Part shown: piece after piece, positions 58,901 through 64,000 of the stretch
How the letters are laid out: each line of letters opens with the position of its first letter
Position numbering within the stretch: the stretch's first letter is position 1
Assembly (NCBI GenBank): GCA_977030845.1
Contig: OZ365115.1
Span: forward strand, 17,298,001-17,362,000
Reading direction: 5' to 3'
DNA: 64,000 bases
Origin: Fimbriosthenelais zetlandica
Lineage: Eukaryota
Notes under the pieces: model-generated
Seen by the model: the letters and a program-made list of their open reading frames with translations, nothing else
The model's database searches: none
What the model was told of the DNA's origin: nothing
Translations under genes and position numbers: made by a program

Positions 58901-61416
58901 CATCTCTCGTTTCCTGGGAGATAAGGGACCGTGTTTGTATGAAGGCAATTGCCTGGTGGAAAGGTCACCTTTACCACACTACTCATGTTTTTGCTCTTGA
59001 GTTGAAATCAAATTGCTCTTTTCTTCACAGTGATTGAAGACCCGAATTCATCTCGAGTTAGTTTAGATTATATCACGGAAGGCACGATTATTATTCATGA
59101 AGACCCATTCAGGAAGATCATAAATGGTTTTAGTATTATACAAATGAAACATTTGATATAATGTCTTTGATAATTATGACATTTACAAAGGGGCAGTTAA
59201 GAGATATTATAATATAGGGGAGCCAACTGATAAGTTCTCCCATTGATCATTGTATGTATAGGAGACACATAAAATTGGTACACATTCTTAAAGGGTCTCA
59301 AACCACAAACAAGCTACAGAGTAAAATTCCTCGCTTTTAATACATCTTAAGTTCCTTGACACCTTTTCCCCCCTCCCGTCCACCCATCCTTCACTAATTC
59401 TTTAGGTCTGCCACTTAAGCCAGCGCCTGACAGATGGGACAGATCTGCTGAGTCAGCGCATCTGTGCAAGATGGGCTCAATACTGGTTTTCCCGGCCTTT
59501 TTCCCTATGGCAATGCTTCTTGCCAAGAATGGGATTTCTTCCCTGAGTGGTAAGGGTAATTACGGTAGCTAGGGTAGGTTTTTGATGACATGAAAACAAG
59601 GATGTTCTCCAATAGCTCCTGGCTTCTTCATAACTGCATGGGCTGGGTCCTTCTCATATCTAATTCAATAATGTTACACCCCCATGTCTTTCTATACTCT
59701 ATGCCCTTGCAAATTCCTCTAGTAATAACCAGCCTGTGACCTCTTGGTCCTGGCCATATTGAGATTGAATGGATTGCTGTCGTGAATGCCACTTGCAGTT
59801 TAAGCATTAATCTGTCAGGTACCCATTTTGCTTCATCAACTCTCCATTTGTGAGCACTATAAAGTGTGATCATTGAGATTCGATGGGATTTATGTGAACC
59901 ATCTCAACCTCTGGGCCTGACATCCCTTGTTGATGAATAGTTTAATTATTGCAGATGCTGTTTTAGCAATCTAGGGAGATTAGATCCAATAAAATATGAG
60001 ATATGAATGGATCCATACAGGTGAATTTATGAGGGAAGATCGAATCCCAAGGACATCCCTTTCCCTGAATTAATGGGAAATCACTCACTAAATTGATTGC
60101 ATTGAAAAATCGATTACATAAAGCTATTTCTACAATTCATGAAAAAGACAAACTGGGCAGTAATAAAATTATACATGGGAAGTATGGGTTAGAAATGATT
60201 CAATAAAGAATTGTATAGCAGACTGGAAGTTTGATATACTTCCAAATAAAAGGCAAGCTGCAAGGCACAAGACTTCATAATCCCATGTGCTTGAATTCTA
60301 TTCAGATGATCCACACGCAATAGTCCATTAATTAAAGTTCCATTTTCTCTCTTTGCATTATTCCCTCTGAGTATAACATGATAGCCCAAGGCATTAAGAC
60401 TGTCAGTGTTATGCCTATATCTGCGGGATTACACCCGCATTGCTGCGGGACTGCTCTTTTACCCATGGCAGCCATTCCCATCCCCCATTGGATAGCCAGA
60501 TCTATAGCGCAAACATATGGTTTGGTGAACTCCTATTTCCTACAATATCACATACTGAAATTACATTAACAATCATATACTACGTACAATGCCGATGTTA
60601 ATGTCATGTATCACACAAGCAATACAGTCACCTAATTGATCATACTTGTCTGTTGTACTATAGTGTATATATATAAATGAAAGAGTATTGTTATCAATGG
60701 TCCCGAATGTCTTTCATGTCTGAAACGCTATATCTTGTGATGCAAGAACATATTCTATTTTTCTACAGATTATTTTGGAAACATTGTTGCATTTTCATCT
60801 ACTTGTATTTTAAGAAGGAATATTGTTTGCTGGATTCCCCTATGTCTTCTCGATTGTCAGGTCCTTTGAATACATTTTAATTTTAATTTTCTGGACTTTT
60901 GTAATGGTATTATTGTGGTGGATTATTCAGTTTCATGCATTATATTTGTGACTATTATAGATGACCGTATAAGAGCTATGTATTAAGGATGTCATGTTGT
61001 GGGCGTTGTTATATTATTATGGTGAAGGTCTGTCTTTGTGATCTCTGTATGTATATAGATATATTATATTCCAACCAGAGGCAATGTTGTTCGAAATTTT
61101 GATTTCTCGTAGTCCCAATAGACCTATTCCGTCCTCAGTCCACTGCCGAAACGAAAAATTTCAGTCAGTTTTTTCTCCTATAACTTTAGACATTACGAAG
61201 TTAGGGAACTAAGACCTTAGGCCTAAGACCTTAAATTTTATCAATAATATATCAGAGAGTGACAATAAACCTTTTGGAAACATATGAATTGAAAAAATGA
61301 CTAATAGTTTGAAACTCATCAACAACGCCCCCATCATGACCTATGAGAGAAGCTTGATATATAACTAAACCATTAACCTTCTTTATAACTCCTCTCTCAT
61401 CTCTCTGCCTTCTTAG

Positions 61417-61572
61417 GAAAGTCAGCATCAAGTCCAACCGTCTCGACTATTCGGCGGCACAGGCCGAACTTATTCTAAGACAAATCCACAACCTAAAACT
61501 AAAATACCCCCTTATGAAGGGGAAGGGAGCCCGGGTTGGCCCCCCACCCAACATACGGTACCTGTCTTTCAG
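61417..61572 (+). CDS. Candidate internal exon (156 bp) of an unidentified gene
   Basis: Strong pyrimidine tract ctctctcatctctctgccttcttag, donor CAG|GTAGGA, length divisible by 3, two frames open. Confidence 0.45.
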
Positions 61573-61646
61573 GTAGGAACCACCTTGCTTAAAACTGTAA
61601 ATGGCTAATTATAGCTGTCCCGAGCACTCTCCAAACTCTGCTATAA

Positions 61647-61852
61647 TGCTGGGCCCACACTGAAGCGATTTGCCCGAGCGATGTAGAGTGATAGTATATT
61701 TCTAGTCACACCCAATGCTTGTAATTTTGACAGTGGTTAGCCTAAGCTAGGTTTAAAGGACTGTTAAAATACAAGCATTGGTTGTGATTAGAAATAATTA
61801 TACTATATCGCTTTGCTTCGCGGGGGCAAATCGCATCTGTGTGGGCCAGGCA
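61647..61852. mobile_element. MITE family A' copy
   Basis: TGCTGGGCCCACAC..AGCGATTTGCCC...GGGCAAATCGCATCTGTGTGGGCCAGGCA, flanked by TAA on both sides. Confidence 0.85.
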
Positions 61853-62868
61853 TAATAAAGCTCCCTCCACAGCAACCCACTTAAGTTTAGGTGATAAACC
61901 AATGATGACACGCTGTGTCTCATGTTCTCTCAGCATCCATCTAAATTAACGTTTTACCTGTTAATTCAGAGGCTTCCTAATAAATTCCATAGCATAAATT
62001 GATGGTAAATCTATAGTAGATGGTTAATGGGATCAACTAATTAATGTTCCCATTTCAGAAAATATTTTGTATCTTAAAGGGGTGGACAACAGAATCCATT
62101 TTCCCATAATGAATGGCTTGCATAATTATAAGGAAATTTGATATTAAGGCACATTAAAGAATAGATTCCATCTTTTCTTATTATTCATATTTTATAATTT
62201 AATTTCATAAGGAAAGGGTGGCTGTGATATAACCTTACCCTAGCTGTTCTGTCTGAGTGGGTTGCTGTACAAGAGGTTGCCTCAGCCTAGGAATGGCCTT
62301 TAAGCATAGTTGTTAAACATTCCAGTTCATAGCATGCCCACTATACTTAAATTTAGTCCTCACTTATCAGCCCTAAGATCCACAACCTTTATCAGTGGCC
62401 TGTCCGTGACTGAGCCACCGATGAATATTCATTATCTAGGCGATTAGCAGGTCTCTGTCCCAGGCTGGATCTTAGTGTTTCACTTACTGTAGGTTCTAAT
62501 AGATTAGACTTTTATTTAGAGTAGTGTTAAGTGAGGTTTATTTTGTATACGTAATTATACTGTCCCAAAATAAAAATAACCTACAAGTTCATGTCAAGAA
62601 AACCTCACTCTCCACTACTATCATTTCAAGCGCAAAGAAATCTACTCAAAGTTTGTCAGAATGCAAATCTTCACTCCCTTTATAGTAGTTATATTTGCTA
62701 TGATAGTTTGCATCTTTTCCTCTATGACTGCATGAAGTCCTATTGCTTTCTTCTTTCCCTTACTAATTCTTCGATCTTCCATGTATATGCGATTGAAGCA
62801 GCATATTTTCATTTTTTCATCTCGAAATGAAAGTTCATTTAGAACTGCATGAAGGGACTTTCACTTAC

Positions 62869-62971
62869 CATTGATAATATCCTGATCTATAGGGAACTTG
62901 TATCTAGGACGTGAAATCTGGGGATGCACAATATAAATGTCCCTTTTTTCTGTTGGTCCGTGTCTGCCCAT
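62869..62971 (-). CDS. Weak candidate first coding exon on the minus strand
   Basis: MGRHGPTEKRDIYIVHPQISRPRYKFPIDQDIIN followed by G|GTAAGT. No downstream partner exon or recognisable family found. Confidence 0.2.
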
Positions 62972-64000
62972 AAAGTTCAGGACAGTTCTTTATTCCTCTT
63001 ATGAAATGATTTAAGGTAACTGTTTGCCAGAGAGTCCTAGTATCCATTGGTCATCTGAGGCTCATTTTGAGAAGAGAAAGTAATGACATGGCCCCTCTTA
63101 CTCAACTGTTAGTGCTATTTCAAGCAAGTTTATTGATATTGAAGGCCTGTGAGTAGTGTAGGAAATAGCTTCCTGCATGTGACCACCTATACTGTAAGCA
63201 GGCAGTAGTATATGGAAATAGGAAATTTGACCAGTGTCATTCTGGGAATTTAAGTGCTATAGGTAAAGTTTACGTTTATTCTCTTCGACGTTTTACGTAG
63301 TAAAAATGTTTCCAGAATTATCAAATGGGTAGGGTCGTTTGGTTTCTGCAATTTGAGCTATATTATAATATACTTCATATGAAGTACAGCGCACAAGATG
63401 GGCATTAATTAAGGCATTTGATTTTTCCTTTCGGAACATTTGGCTCGAAACATCTGCTGCTGATACACGAGACAAACTGTTTTCATCCAGCGTAGACCTG
63501 GCAATCATTATGCCAGACTGCAATATTACCTTGGCATATATTCAACCAGAAAACAGGCCCAAAAAGAAGATAATCATACGGTTCATTTAGTCCAATTATC
63601 AACGCCTCGCTCACATTTGCCTCGGTCACATGTGCGAGAAAAAATATTTTGATACAAAAACTATTTCTTGGTCCTCATCTGATATAACAGGAAGCTTAGA
63701 TTTTGAAGTTTTCACCTTGAAATCTAGAAACATTGATTTGAAACAGATCAAGTTTTCTAGGAGCCACCTCCATTGGTATTCTGGACAGTCATTCAAGACA
63801 TTTATGTATTCCCCTGAAGCCAATCTTCAGCCTCGCCAAACAAGAAGAATACCTGATTTAAAGCCATGACACCGGGAATTGTTAGGAGGCTGCTTTCCTT
63901 TCCACAAAAAAAAACACCTCATAGATCTTTGCAACCTGTGCTTCCTCTGAAACCAGAGGTGGTAATGGATGCCAAGGGCTGGACGAGAAAGATAGATTTC

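Noticed and set aside
59031-59125. Strong plus-strand acceptor followed by IEDPNSSRVSLDYITEGTIIIHEDPFRKIING
   Set aside because: No convincing donor, and phase 1 does not fit the 53926 donor. Cannot be supported without RNA data.
59407-59549. AG...GTAAGG-bounded open frame GLPLKPAPDRWD...
   Set aside because: No recognisable protein features. AP-1 and E-box motifs suggest enhancer-like sequence, and the partner phases are unresolved.
63626-63823. Minus-strand ORF GEYINVLNDCPEYQWRWLLENLICFK
   Set aside because: Weak acceptor, no recognisable family and no linked exon.

Overview
AT-rich genomic DNA from a eukaryote, most likely a marine invertebrate animal, with spliceosomal GT-AG genes. Four genes can be reconstructed by hand. 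(1) The 5' part of dishevelled (dvl) on the minus strand, running off the left edge. (2) A complete mind bomb 2 (mib2) E3 ligase on the plus strand (16 coding exons, 938 aa), head-to-head with dvl. (3) An intact but strongly divergent CYFIP/Sra-1-family gene (27 coding exons, 1284 aa). (4) A small unrecognised Thr/Pro-rich surface protein with a signal peptide and a C-terminal GPI or TM anchor. The right-hand 15 kb is mostly non-coding, with a few orphan candidate exons. There are several MITE families, many local tandem duplications (some copying splice donors or the stop-codon region of mib2), minisatellites and one N gap. The most interesting signals are the divergent CYFIP-like gene, a frame-preserving GC-donor dvl exon carrying a PDZ-like motif, and the dvl-mib2 (Wnt/Notch) divergent pair. 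No database searches were run; family calls rest on recognised motifs and on reference sequences recalled from memory.
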